64,000 bases of DNA from Azolla caroliniana (Eukaryota > Plantae > Polypodiophyta). Location: the NCBI GenBank assembly GCA_043228905.1, contig JBHGNT010000011.1, positions 5,890,001-5,954,000 on the forward strand, written 5' to 3'. Below the pieces are notes generated by a model. The model made no database searches. It was given only the letters and a program-made list of their open reading frames with translations, and was not told the origin of the DNA. This document shows positions 22,801 through 35,777 of the stretch, in pieces (positions within the stretch are counted from its first letter, which is position 1; the number at the start of each line of letters is the position of its first letter). A program made the translations under genes and the position numbers.

Positions 22801-25800
22801 GTTCATCAACACTGTTCTTCTCCCTTCCCATCCGGAGGGACCTGTCTCCCAACAAACTCCCCATTCACTCCGGCATGAGGTGTCTTACTAGTCTGATCCT
22901 CTTCCGGCATGCATCCAGCTTGTAGGGTATCAGCACTTTGGTCAGCATATCTGACCCGTTCGTTCTCAGCCGTGTGGATCTTCGTCAGTGCGAACTCCTG
23001 GTCATCTACTCTTTCCCGAATCCAGTGATATCTTCGCTGGATATGCTTCGTCTGGGAATGGTAGGCCGCATTCTTAGCAAGATGGATGGCACTTTGACTG
23101 TCGCAATAGAGTCGGTATTCATCTTGCCGGATATCGAGCTCTCCGATGAAGTCCTTCATCCATAATATTTCCTTGCCGGCTTCCGCAGCCGCCATGTACT
23201 CCGCCTCCGTGGTTGACAATGCAACCGTCTTCTGCAGCCTCGGCTACCACGAGACAGCTCCCCCTGCATATATCATTACATACCAGGATGTAGACTGGCT
23301 GGTATGCACATCAGCGGACATGTCCGAGTCGGTGAAACCGTCAAGTTGAGGTCTTCCGGAGCCGAATCGGAGACACATATTTGAAGTGCCCTTCAAATAC
23401 TGGAGTATCCATTTGACCGCGTTCCAGTGCTCCTTGTCGGGATTGCTCATGAACCGGCTCACCACTCCGACTGCGTATCCTATATCCGGTCGGGTACAAA
23501 CCATTGCGTACATTAAGCTCCCAACGGTAGAGGCATATGGAATCTTCATCGTATCTGCCTTCTCTGCTTTCGTCTTCGGGCTTTGCTTACCGGATAGCCT
23601 GCATTTTGCCGGAAGTGTCGATCCGACTGGTTTCGTATTTGACATGTTGAACCGGTGAAGCACCTTTGTCACGTACTTCTCCTGTGATAGCCATAATTGC
23701 TTCGCTGACCGGTTCTGGATAATATGCATCCCCAACATCTGTCTTGCCGGACCCAAGTCTTTCATTGAGAAGGTCCGGTTGAGAGCCTTCTTTAGCATCT
23801 GTATTTTGACTTGGTCCCGTCCGACGATCAACATGTCATCCACGTATAGAAGGAGTATCAGGAAGTCGCCTCCTTTGAACTTCTTCACAAACACGCAGTG
23901 ATCGGCCTGCGTCTTGTGGTACCCTTGATCGGTCATGAAGGAGTCGAACTTCCAGTACCATTGCCAGGGGGCCTGCTTCAACCCGTAGAGGCTCTTCTTC
24001 AACCGGCAAACCAGGTGCTCCTTCCCTTTCTCCACGAATCCTTCCGGTTGCTGCATGTAGATTTCCTCTTCGAGGCCGCCGTGAAGGAATGTCGTCTTCA
24101 CGTCCAGCTGCTCTACCTCGAGGTCCATGCTTGCAGCTATACTCAGCACCGTCCGGATGGAGGTCATCTTTACTACCGGGGCAAATATCTCGTCGAAGTC
24201 CACGCCCTTCTTCTGCTGGAACCCCTTCACCACGATCCTGGCTTTGTATCTCGGGGGGTTGCCGGCATCTCCTGGTTTCAACTTATACACCCACTTGTTT
24301 CGGAGTGCCCGCTTTCCTTTCGGCAACTCCACCAATTCGTACGTATGGTTCTCATGCAGGAAATCCATCTCATCCTGCATGGCACTTAACCATTTGCGGC
24401 TGTGGGTGTCATCCTTCGCTTCTTCGAGGCTTTCTGGCTCCCCCTCATCGGTTAGCAGCACATGCTCTGCATCCGGAAATCTTCGGGGGGCCCTTCTCTC
24501 TCTTAGAGGGGATCTCCATCTCTGGGCTTCGGTAACTGGCTCCTCTATTTGCTCTTCATCCGAATCTTATTCGGGGTCTTGTCCAGTTCCGGTTTCAGCT
24601 TCCTCTACATCTTCTTCTGCCGGTTCGATATCCTCACCGTAACCGGCTGGCTCCTCGAGTGCTAACCGGTCTCTTGCCGGTTGGGTCTGTTCATTGTAGA
24701 GTCTATCCTTACCAGTCGACTCGGAGTTCATTATCTTCTTCTCCGACTCCCAGTCGGCGAGCGTTTTGTCCTCCATGAAGATAATATCTCGACTCCGGAA
24801 TACCTTCTTGTCAACCAGGTCCCACACTCGGTAACCAAACTCATCGTCACCGTAACCAAGGAATATGCATGGCCGGGTCTTTGGATCTAACTTTCCTCTC
24901 CGGTCCTTAGCTACATGCACGTATGCGAGACACCCGAATACCTTTAGATGCCGATAGGATACTTCCTTACCGGTCCACACTCTCTGTGGCGTGTCTCTGT
25001 CCAAGGGTACTGAGGGTCATCTATTTATCACATATGTCGCCGTGGACAATGCCTCAGCCCAAAACTTCTTGGGTAGTTTTGCATGCGCTAGCATACTCCG
25101 GACCCTCTCCATTATGGTCCGGTTCATCCTCTCGGCCAGCCCGTTTAGTTCCGGCGTCTTCGGCACGGTAAATTTGAGCCGGATTCCCTTCGAGCGACAG
25201 TACTCCTCGAATTGCCCCCGGTATTCACCTCCGTTGTCTACTCGAACCGCCTTCAGCTTCTGGCCGGTTTCTCTTTCCACTCTCGCGTGGAGCTCTTTGA
25301 AGACGGATAGCACCTTATCCTTCGTCTTCAACGGTGTGGCCCATAGCTTCCGGCTGTGGTCATCAATGAACATCACGAAGTATTGCGCTCCGGCATGTGA
25401 CTTTGTGTCTACTTGACACACATTTGTATGCACCAACTCTAGTGGTGCATTACGTCTCATCGGTGTCCTTGGTCGGAAGGAGGTCCGGTTTTGCTTACCG
25501 GTCAGAGAATCAGTGCACTTCTCCAAGTGCACGTTCTTCACTGGAATGAGGTTGTCGTCTGCAAGCCTCTTCATCCCCTTCTCACTCATATGACACAGCC
25601 TCTTGTGCCACATCTCACCGGCAGTGTCGGATGCCACGTTCACTTCCTCCGGACATAATCAGGCATTCATGAGGTACAAGGTGTTTACCTTCCGGGCCCG
25701 AGCCACAATCAGGCTCCCTTTGTTGAACTTCATGACACCATTCCGGATGCTACCCATGTAGCCTTCATCATCTAGCCGACTGGCAGATATTAGGTTCAGA

Positions 25801-25890
25801 CGAACCTCCGGAACGTGTCTGACATCCTTCAGCAGCAAGTTGCATCCGGTTGGTGTTGACAGCCACACGTCTCCTATGCCGACAATTTGG

Positions 25891-28800
25891 TGTTGGGATT
25901 ACGGTCCCTTTCGGATGGGATGGTCGGATATCGGAGATGAATGCCGACAAGCCCGGTTTCGGTTCCGGAACCGGATGATGAAGACCCCGGTTTCGGAGCC
26001 GGATGACGAATGTACCCGGAGAGAGATCCGGATGCGGGGACATATCTGTGAATATGTTTGCCAAGGGCCCTTGAGGCTATAGTTGTAAATAGCCCCAAAG
26101 TCATATGTGTATAAATATGACTTAGGGCAAATAGTTTTTATGTTGCTTATCATTTTTCTGTTTTTCCACTCAAGAGGAGTGAAGAGAGAGAGCAGCCGTG
26201 AGAGAGAGAGAGATAGAGCGTGAGAGAGGAAGAGGTCGACGCCTCTGTGTATTTCCGCCGCCTGTGGCGAGGACAACGAGCTCAAGGTCGTCGCCTTGCA
26301 GCTCGCCATTTGTATACTTCTCTGTGCATAGTTCATTTGGAGTCTTGGACTCCCGTGGTTTTTCCCGTCTCGGGTTTTCCACGTTAATCTCTGTGTAATA
26401 GTGTCCTTTCTCAGTGGTTCCTATTTTCTGCTGTATTGATTCGCGCTTACTCGGTTGTGGCCGAGCGGTGAAGGTTAATCGGAGCGTTGATTGCTCTACA
26501 AACTGGTATCAGAGCGACTGTTGCAGAAAATGGAAGGCGGCGGCAACAGGCAGCCGGGGATGATGGTGCTGAATGCACAGAACTACGCCGACTGGAAGAT
26601 CAAGATGGAAGATCTTCTGATTGTTCGGGACCTGTACGAACCGATTGACAGGTCGGAAATACCGAAGGGAGTACTTGAGTCGGAATGGAGGCTTCTGAAC
26701 CGGAAAGCCGTTGCAACCATTCGGCAATACGTAGACGTGAGTGTTCTACAACATGTGGCGAATGACACCAACGCATATGAGATGTGGAAGAAGCTGTCGG
26801 GCCTCTACGAGAGGAAGAATGCGTTGAACCGGACCTCCCTGATGAGGAAGATAGTGAACCTCAAGTACCGGGACGGCGAGAGTATGGTGGAACACGTAAG
26901 CACGTTCATGGGATTCGTGAACCAGCTTGCGGCGATCAAGTTCCCGCTGGAGGACGCAATGCAAGCCATCATCCTGATGTGTACATTGCCGGAAAGCTGG
27001 GAGAACTTGGTGGTGACTCTCAGCACCTCCTGCACCGAAGATAACTTGTCCCTACAAACGGTAAAGACAAGTATTTTGAACGAAGAAGCGCGTCGGAGAG
27101 ATAAAGAACCGGTCTCCGACTCGAAGGCGCTGCTTACCGAATCGGAACGGGGAAGACAATGGAACCGGAGTCCGCAAAGACGGGAGAAGTCGGGGACCCG
27201 GTCGCAGTCAAGAGGAAGACCCACATGCTTCCACTGTGGGAAGCCGGGGCACTTCCGAAAGAATTGTCGGCATTACCGAAAAGACAACGGAGCCGACGAC
27301 ACCGATTCGAAGAAGTCACCGGAGAGAAACGGTGCATACCGGGGAGCCACGGACCGGAGAGGTTCGGATCGGCGAGGGCAGGACAGGAAAGGAACGACAG
27401 CACTCGCGGCAAGTGAGGAAGAAATCATGCTCATCACCGAAGAAGGTGAGCTAAACATTGCCGGCGATGAGACGACCTGGGTGGTCGATTCCGGAGCATC
27501 GTTCCACCTGACCCCGGAAAGAAGATACTTCTCATCCTACACAGCCGGTGAGCATGGCTGTGTTCGGATGGGAAATGAAGGTACGTGCCGGATTGCTGGC
27601 ATAGGAGACGTGTGGTTGACAACCCCGACCGGATGCAAAATGCTGCTGAAGGATGTCCGACACGTTTCGGAGGTTCGATTGAACCTGATTTCGGCCGGGA
27701 GGCTAGACGATGAAGGCTACACAGGTAGCATCCGGAACGGCGTAATGAAGTTCAGCAAGGGGAGCCTGATAGTGGCTCGGGCCCGGAAAGTCAACACACT
27801 GTACCTGATGAATGCCCGGTTATGTCCGGAAGAGCTGAATGTGGCAGCCGACACTGCCGGTGAGCTGTGGCACAAAAGACTGTGCCACATGAGTGAGAAG
27901 GGGATGAAGAGGCTTGCAGAAGACAACCTTATTCCAGTGAAGCATGTGCACCTGGAGAAGTGCACCGATTGCCTGGCCGGTAAGCAGAACCGAACCTCCT
28001 TCCACTCAAGGCCACCGACGAGACGTAGTGCACCATTGGAGTTGGTGCACACTGATGTGTGTCAGGTAGAAACGAAGTCACATGGCGGAGCCCAGTACTT
28101 CGTAACATTCATTGATGATCACAGCCGGAAGCTGTGGACGGCACCGTTGAAGACAAAGGACCAAGTGTTGTCCGTCTTCAAAGAACTCCACGCGAGAGTG
28201 GAAAGAGAATCCGGCGAGAAGCTGAAAGCGATACGAGCGGATAACGGAGGGGAATACCGGGGACAGTTCCAGGAGTACTGTCGCTCGAAGGGAATCCGGC
28301 TCGAGTTTACTGTGCCGAAGACGCCGGAACTGAACGGGCTGGCCGAGAGGATGAACCGGACCATAATGGAGAGGGTCCGGAGTATGCTGGCGCATGCGAA
28401 ATTACCCAAGGGGTTTTGGGCTGAGGCAATGTCGACGGCGACATATGTGATAAACCGATCACCCTCAGTACCTTTGGACGGAGACACGCCGCAGAGAGTG
28501 TGGACCGGTAGGGAAGTATCTTACCGGCATCTGAAGGTGTTCGGGTGTCTCGCATACGTGCATGTGGCAAAGGACCGGAGAGGAAAGCTAGATCCAAAGA
28601 CCCGGCCATGCATATTCCTCGGTTACGGCGATGACGAGTTCGGCTACCGAGTATGGGACCCGGTCGACAAGAAGATATTCAGGAGTCGAGATATCATCTT
28701 CATGGAGAACAAGACACTCCCCGACTGGGAGTCGGAGAAGAAGATGAAAAGCTCCAAGTCGACCGGTGAGGATCAACTCTACGAGGAGCAGTCCCGACCG

Positions 28801-31220
28801 GCAAGGGACCGGTTAGCACTCGAGGATCCGGCCGAAGACGGTGAAGAAACAGAACCGGCCGAAGAAGATGAAAATGATATCGGAACCGGCCCCGATCCCG
28901 AAATGGATTCGGATGAAGAAGAATCGGAAGAACCGGTTACCGAAGCTCCGGAACGGAGATATCCTCTAAGAGAGAGAAGGCCCCCCGGAGATTTCCGGAA
29001 CCAGAGCACGTGCTGCTAACCGACGAAGGGGAGCCGGAGAGCTTTGAAGAAGCAAAGCATGACACCCAGAGCCGCAGGTGGTTGAGTGCCATGCAGGACG
29101 AGATGGATTCCCTGCATGAGAAGCACACATATGAACTTGTGGAGTTGCCGAAAGGAAAGCGGGCATTTCGAAACAAGTGGGTGTTCAAGCTGAAACCCAG
29201 AGATGCCGGAAACCCCCCGAGATACAAAGCCAGGATCGTGGTGAAGGGGTTTCAGCAAAAGAAGGGCGTCGACTTCGACGAGATATTTGCCCCGGTAGTG
29301 AAGATGACCTCCATCCGGACGGTGCTGAGCATAGCGGCAAGCATGGACCTCGAGGTAGAACAGATGGACGTGAAGACGGCATTCCTTCACGGTGACCTCG
29401 AAGAAGAGATCTACATGCAGCAACCGGAAGGATTCGAGAAGAAAGGGAAGGAGCACCTGGTATGCCGGTTGAAGAAGAGCCTTTACGGACTGAAGCAGGC
29501 TCCCCGGCAATGGTACCGGAAGTTCGACTCCTTCATGACCGACGAAGGGTACCTCAAAACGCAATCCGACCACTGCGTGTTTGTGAAGAAGTTCGAAGGA
29601 GGAGACTTTCTAATACTCCTCCTGTACGTGGACGACATGTTGATCTTCGGACGGGACCAGGTCAAGATACGGATGCTGAAGAAGGCTCTTCACCGAACCT
29701 TCTCAATGAAGGACCTGGGTCCGGCGAGACAAATACTAGGGATGCACATCATCCGGGACCGGAGCAAGAAGCAGTTGTGGCTGTCACAGGAGAAGTACGT
29801 GACAAAGGTGCTTAAGCGGTTCAACATGTCGGAAGCAAGGCCGGTCGGATCGACCCTCCCGGCAAACTGCAAGCTGTCCAACAAGCAAAGTCCCAAGACA
29901 AAGGCTGAAAAGGAGGATATGATGAAAGTGTCGTATGCCTCAGCCGTCGGGAGCTTGATGTACGCCATGGTGTGTACGAGACCGGACATAGGATATGCAG
30001 TCGGAGTGGTGAGCCGGTACATGAGCAATCCCGGCAAAGAGCATTGGAACGCGGCCAAGTGGATACTCCGATACCTGAAGGGCACGGCAAACGTGTGCCT
30101 CCGATTCGGCTCCAGGAAGCCCGAACTCGACGGCTTCACCGATTCGGATATGTCGGCTGATGCAGATACCAGTTGGTCCACATCAGGGTATGTGATGACG
30201 TATGCAGGGGGAGCTGTTTCATGGCAGTCGAGGCTGCAGAAGACGGTTGCGTTGTCAACCACGGAGGCGGAGTACATGGCGGCTGTTGAAGCCGGCAAGG
30301 AAATAATATGGATGAAGGACTTCATTAGGGAGCTCGGTATCCGGCAGGAGGAATACCGACTCTACTGCGACAGTCAGAGTGCCATCCACCTTGCGAAGAA
30401 CGCGGCCTATCACTCCCGGACGAAGCACATCCAGCGAAGATATCACTGGATCCGGGAAAGGATAGAAGACAAGGAGTTCGTGCTGACGAAGGTCCACACG
30501 GACGAGAACGGGTCGGATATGCTGACCAAGGTGCTCACACCCGACAAGCTGGAAGCATGCCGGAAGAGGATCGGATTGGAGAGACATCCCATGCCGAAGT
30601 GAAGGGGGAGTTTGTTGGGATTACGGTCCCTTTCGGATGGGATGGTCGGATATCGGAGATGAATGCCGACAAGCCCGGTTTCGGTTCCGGAACCGGATGA
30701 TGAAGACCCCGGTTTCGGAGCCGGATGACGAATGTACCCGGAGAGAGATCCGGATGCGGGGACATATCTGTGAATATGTTTGCCAAGGGCCCTTGAGGCT
30801 ATAGTTGTAAATAGCCCCAAAGTCATATGTGTATAAATATGACTTAGGGCAAATAGTTTTTATGTTGCTTATCATTTTTCTGTTTTTCCACTCAAGAGGA
30901 GTGAAGAGAGAGAGCAGCCGTGAGAGAGAGAGATAGAGCGTGAGAGAGGAAGAGGTCGACGCCTCTGTGTATTTCCGCCGCCTGTGGCGAGGACAACGAG
31001 CTCAAGGTCGTCGCCTTGCAGCTCGCCATTTGTATACTTCTCTGTGCATAGTTCGTTTGGAGTCTTGGACTCCCGTGGTTTTTCCCGTCTCGGGTTTTCC
31101 ACGTTAATCTCTGTGTAATAGTGTCCTTTCTCTGTGGTTCCTATTTTCTGCTGTATTGATTCGCGCTTACTCGGTTGTGGCCGAGCGGTGAAGGTTAATC
31201 GGAGCGTTGATTGCTCTACA
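25891..31220 (+). mobile_element. Full-length very young Ty1/copia element B2
   Basis: LTRs 25891-26500 and 30613-31220 (about 2 substitutions plus one GA unit), TSD TTTGG, PBS 26504-26515. Confidence 0.97.
26530..30602 (+). pseudogene. gag-pol: Copia gag-pol polyprotein with a single 1-nt deletion
   Basis: ORFs 26491-29019 and 29010-30602; AGAAGGCCCCCC at ~28975-28986 versus AGAAGGGCCCCCC in B1. Confidence 0.92.
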
Positions 31221-33775
31221 TTTGGCATGTACCTTCATTCCCCATCCGGACACAGCCGTGATCACCGGCTGAGTAGGATGAGAAGCATTTCCGGTCCGGG
31301 GTAAGGTGGAATGACGCTCCGGAGTCTACCACCCAGGTCATCTCGTTGTCGGCAAGGTTTATCTCACTCTCCTCGGTGATGAGCATCAACTCTTCTTCAC
31401 TTGCCGCGATTGCCATTGTCCCCTTCCGGTCCGGCCCCCTCCGGTCTTTACCGTTCCGGTCCGGTATCCGCTTCGAGTCGGTACCGTCAGTTTCCTTGTC
31501 CTTTCGGAAATGCCGACAGTTCTTCTGGAAGTGTCCCGGCTTGCCGCAATAGAAGCAAGTAAGCCTTCCCCTTGACTTTGACCGTGTCCCCGACTTCTCC
31601 GGTTCTGGGGACTACGGTTTCTATGTCTTCCGCGTTCCGATTCGGTAAGGAGCGCTTTGGAGTCGGAGCTCGTATCTTTATCTTTCCGACACGACTCCTC
31701 ATCTAGCAAGCTCGACTTTACTCTTGCTAGGGATAACCGTTTCCCTTCCGTCCCGGCGTTGCCCAAGGTGACAACCAACGTCTCCCAGCTATCTGGGAGG
31801 GAACCGAGCAGGAGTAGTGCTAGTACCTCATCGGCGAGAGGTACCTCCAATGATGTTGCTTGGTGGATCAGCCCCTGGAAGGCATTCATGTGCGCCGCCA
31901 TGCTGGAGCCATCTTGGTACCGGAGTCTTACTAGCTTCCGGACTACCGAAACCTGATTAACAACATTTTGTTTTGAAACATAATATCGATCTTCTCCCAG
32001 AGCTCATGAGCCTTGCTCTCTTCATTGAAGTTGTTGTACAGGCTCATGTCGATGAAGCACCGTATGTACGTCGTTGTCTTCATGTGCATCACCTCCCATA
32101 TCGCGGCGTCGATTTTGTCTGGTCTCTTGTCCCCGAACCGAACCGGCAGCCAGAGGTCTTTAACCACGAGCATGTCCCTCATCTTCGACTTCCACACCGA
32201 ATAGTTGGAGCCGGTGAGCTTGAACATGCCGCCAAACAATTCGTCCATTTTCTGTGTCGTTTTGCTCTGATACCACTTGAAGGGAACCGCACGCTCCCTA
32301 TACGCAACGCTCGGCCACAATCGAGCTTAGAATCATACACAGAAAAACGGGAAAGAAAGCACGATGAGAAGAAGAGAAGAGTACACAGGATGTTTACGTG
32401 GAAAACCCAAACTAAGGGAAAAACCACGGTAGCCCATAGGTTGCAAACTATCACTATGTTAGAATGTACAACAGTGAGTTCACGGAGGCAACAACCTCGT
32501 GCTCACGATCCTTGCCACAGGCGGCAGTTACAATAGAGGCCACGACCTCTTTCTCCAACAGTATAAACCTGTCTCCCAACAGTATAAATAGTGCTATTGA
32601 ACACAGTTGTAGGTTACAGAGTAATTATATTGTTTTGAATATAGCTTTTACACTCTGCTCTCTCTGTCTCTCCCGTGTACTCTGTGTATTCTCTACTTTC
32701 TTTGTTTTCTAACGCTTCCGCAAGTAATCGTTTACATAACACTTATAACCCTTTTGCTCTTGAGCATAGCCGACTAGGATGCATTTTTCCGATTTTGCAT
32801 CTAGCTTCCTCCACTTCTCATCCAGTACATGTTCAAATTCGGCTTTCGCCCGAAATACAGCTCGTGAGCTGACACCTTGTCACCGATCCGGTTTTGGATG
32901 TAGACAGCCGTTGGGATTGCCTCCGCTCAGTAGAATTTGGGCATGCTCTTCTCCTCCAACATTGCCCTTGCCGCATTAATAAGCGACCGGTTCTTCCTTT
33001 CGGCAACATCGTTTTATTGCGGTGTGTATCTGCAGCTGAACTCTCGCCGAATTCCCTTTTGTTGCAGATAATTGTTGAATTGGCCAGAAAAGTATTCTTT
33101 TCCGCCATCCGACCGCAGGCATTTGATCTTCCTCTATGATTCCCGTTCCACCATGCTTTGGAGACTCCGGAAACACAGGAAGACTTCACTCTTCCGCTCA
33201 ATGAGGTAGATCCATGTGTGCCGCGTATAGTCGTCGATGAAGGAGACAAAATATCGACTCCCGCCAAGACTAACATTTTTTGCCGGTCCCCAGACATCCA
33301 AATGGATAAGGTCGAGCTTGTTACGGCTCCGGTTACGTTCGGTAGGGAATGGAAGCCGGTGTTGCTTCCTGAGTTGGCAGGCTTCACATACTTGGGCCTT
33401 CCGGCCACTGAACTTTTAGCAAACCAAAAACAACTTGTTTCGTTTGCAGGTCTTGAAGCCTCTGGTAATTGACGTGGCCTATCCGCTTGTGCCACAAGTC
33501 GATGTCCGATTCGACCTTCTGTCCTTTTGCAAACAGAGCGGTGCCGACGTTATTGGTGTCGAGGATAAACATCCTCCCGTCTCTGCGCCCTTGCGCAATA
33601 ATCTGGCCCTCTTCCTCGATGAAGCACCCGAGGTGCGTAAACCACACCTACATCCCTTGGTCGACGATCTGTCCGACCGACACCAGGTTCTTCGTGATTG
33701 TCAAAATGTGTAATACGTTCATCAGCTTCCCCTTCTATCCGACGTGGCTCAAAGGGACTTCTCTGACGTGCACGA

Positions 33776-34275
33776 TGTTAGGAAACAGGTCCCTCCGGAT
33801 GGGAAGTGAGAAGAACCGTGTTGATGAGTATCGGCCTCGGCCGAAACCGGAAATCGTGGAGATAGCCAACACGAAAGGCTAAACTTGTAAATAGTCGAAA
33901 GGTTACATTAGTATATAAGTACTTAGGGCAATCATGTTAGAAAAGTGTGTTATTGTAAAGTTACTATTGATGAGGTTGTTGCCTCCGTAACTGTGAGAGT
34001 TAATGAGTGTGAGTGGAAGCGTGTGAGCTCCGTAGCCGCCTATTGGCGAAGTAGGATCTTGAGGTCATTGCCTCTGAGATCTCTGATTGTATTCCTTTCT
34101 CTCATAGTGTTCTGTTTCAGAGTTTCTGGACTCCACGTGGTTTTTCTTTAGTTCGGGTTTCCACGTTAAAATCTTTGTCATTCTCAGTTTCTGTATTCTG
34201 TTTTTCCTTTCCATTAGATTGACTATTATTCTGCACACGTACCACCGGTTGTGGCCGGCAATGATTTTAACTTCA
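33776..34275 (+). repeat. Solo LTR related to the element G LTR
   Basis: TGTTAGGAAACAGGTCCCTCCGGATGGGAAG...AACTTCA; degenerate TSD CACGA/CTCAA; host protease frame resumes. Confidence 0.75.
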
Positions 34276-35429
34276 CTCAATTGGGTGAGGAGTGTCGTCT
34301 CCGGTTTCGACTCCTCCTGGTTGATCTGGTTTCGACTACTCCTGGTTGATCTGGTTTCTCCAAAAAGGAGAACCACTCTTTGTGGCTCGTCATGTGGTTC
34401 GACACACCGGAATCAACATACCACACTTCCTCCGATTTGGAAGTGGTCTTCTTCATTGAGTTAGCCTCAGGCTTCATCACCAAGGTTGGCCCGTTACCGT
34501 TCTTGGATCCTCCCGATCCCTTCGCGTAGTCCGAGCTTTGCCGGCCATCCTTGCCGGCCTTGCCGGATCCGGATTTGTCCGAATCGGCGCGTTTTCTCCA
34601 ACATTCGCTTTCTCTGTGGCCCTTTTGCCACAGTACCAGCATTCTGTTGCAGTCTTCTCTTGCCGTCTTCCGGTGCCGCCATGACTCCCCCTGCTCCCGG
34701 AGGGTCCGGAACTGTTGTCGACACGTTCTTTGTGCCTTTGTTCCTGGTCTTGCCGGCCGCCTCCATTGCGTGCCAACCCGCCTCGTCCACCACGCCCACA
34801 GGTGTCAAGATTCGAACTCTTGGCATGACCAAGTTATAATCGAGTGTTATGTGTTACCACACATCTAACATATAATCATGTATATACTTCCTCATTGTAG
34901 GTTTTAGCTAGCATCATGTGCATAATTTCTCCCTTGTATTATTTACACTTGGCACATGCATGCGTACCTACTGCCTACATGCTCTATTATATCACATGCG
35001 TGCAACATGTATGCATGTCACTTAGTATAAATAGTTGAGTTCACCTTGAAGGAATTCAAGGTGAACAAAGCCAGTCATGGACATATCAATCTAGTATTCT
35101 CGTTTCGCCCATCTTCTCTCCTTAATCTTCATCTCTATCTTTATGCTCTTGTGTCATTCCATCATCGCTCTGTTGTAGCCTCATCATCCGTGCTCCGTCT
35201 TAGTCCGCATTTGGTGTGTCCGTGACAGTTTGTTCACCTTCCAACTAGAAGCATCACCTGTCTCCGTCATCGACCTTGCTTCTAGAGTTACCATCGTCAC
35301 TGTACCATCATCAACATCACTTCATTTCCTATCTTCCTTGCCATTTCTATCTCCTAGTTTCTTCTCATCATTTTCATTGCCTTTTAGTTTCTCCTCATCA
35401 TTGTCTCTATTTTTTAGTTTCTTTCCCGT

Positions 35430-35777
35430 TCGTGTTCGTGTTCCAGTTCCTGGTGAGGGCCGCACAAGGCCGCTCACTCCCGTTGGTGTTGGTGTTCTAG
35501 TTCTCACTCCCGTTGGTGTTGGTGTTCCAGTTCCCAGTGAGGTCCGCACAAGGCCGCTCACTCCTCTTGGTGTTCGTGTTATAGTTCTCGGTGAGGGCCG
35601 CATGGTCGCTCACGCCCGTTCGTGTTCAAGTTCCAGGTGAGGGCCATGTTCCGGTACCCGGTAAGGTCCGCACAAGGCCGCTCACTCCCGTTGGTGTTCG
35701 TGTTACAGTTCCCGGTAAGGTCCACACAAGGTCGCTCATGCCCGTTGGTGTTCGTGTTCGAGTTCCCGGCCAGGGTC
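35430..35777. repeat. Degenerate ~50-bp tandem repeat in the mini element (continues 41029-41160)
   Basis: Recurring GGTGAGGGCCGCACAAGGCCGCTCACTCCCGTTGGTGTTCGTGTT. Confidence 0.8.

Larger units (their letters stand above)
21965..32581 (-). mobile_element. Ty1/copia element G (Tnt1/Tork-like)
   Basis: 3' LTR 21965-22854; internally deleted 5' LTR 32278-32581; TSD GTATA; PBS 32264-32275; gag ATG 32248; pol ORFs 22806-25868. Confidence 0.93.
18724..32736 (+). mobile_element. Ty1/copia E2 (same family as E, internally deleted, opposite orientation)
   Basis: 5' LTR 18724-19136; 3' LTR 21717-32736 split by element G; TSD TAACA; gag joined directly to RT at ~19740. Confidence 0.92.

Noticed and set aside
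22151-22925. Repetitive ORFs in several frames (SSPGLHHPALRSRVLLIR)n
   Set aside because: By-product of a 54-bp stop-free tandem repeat in an LTR; no protein signal.
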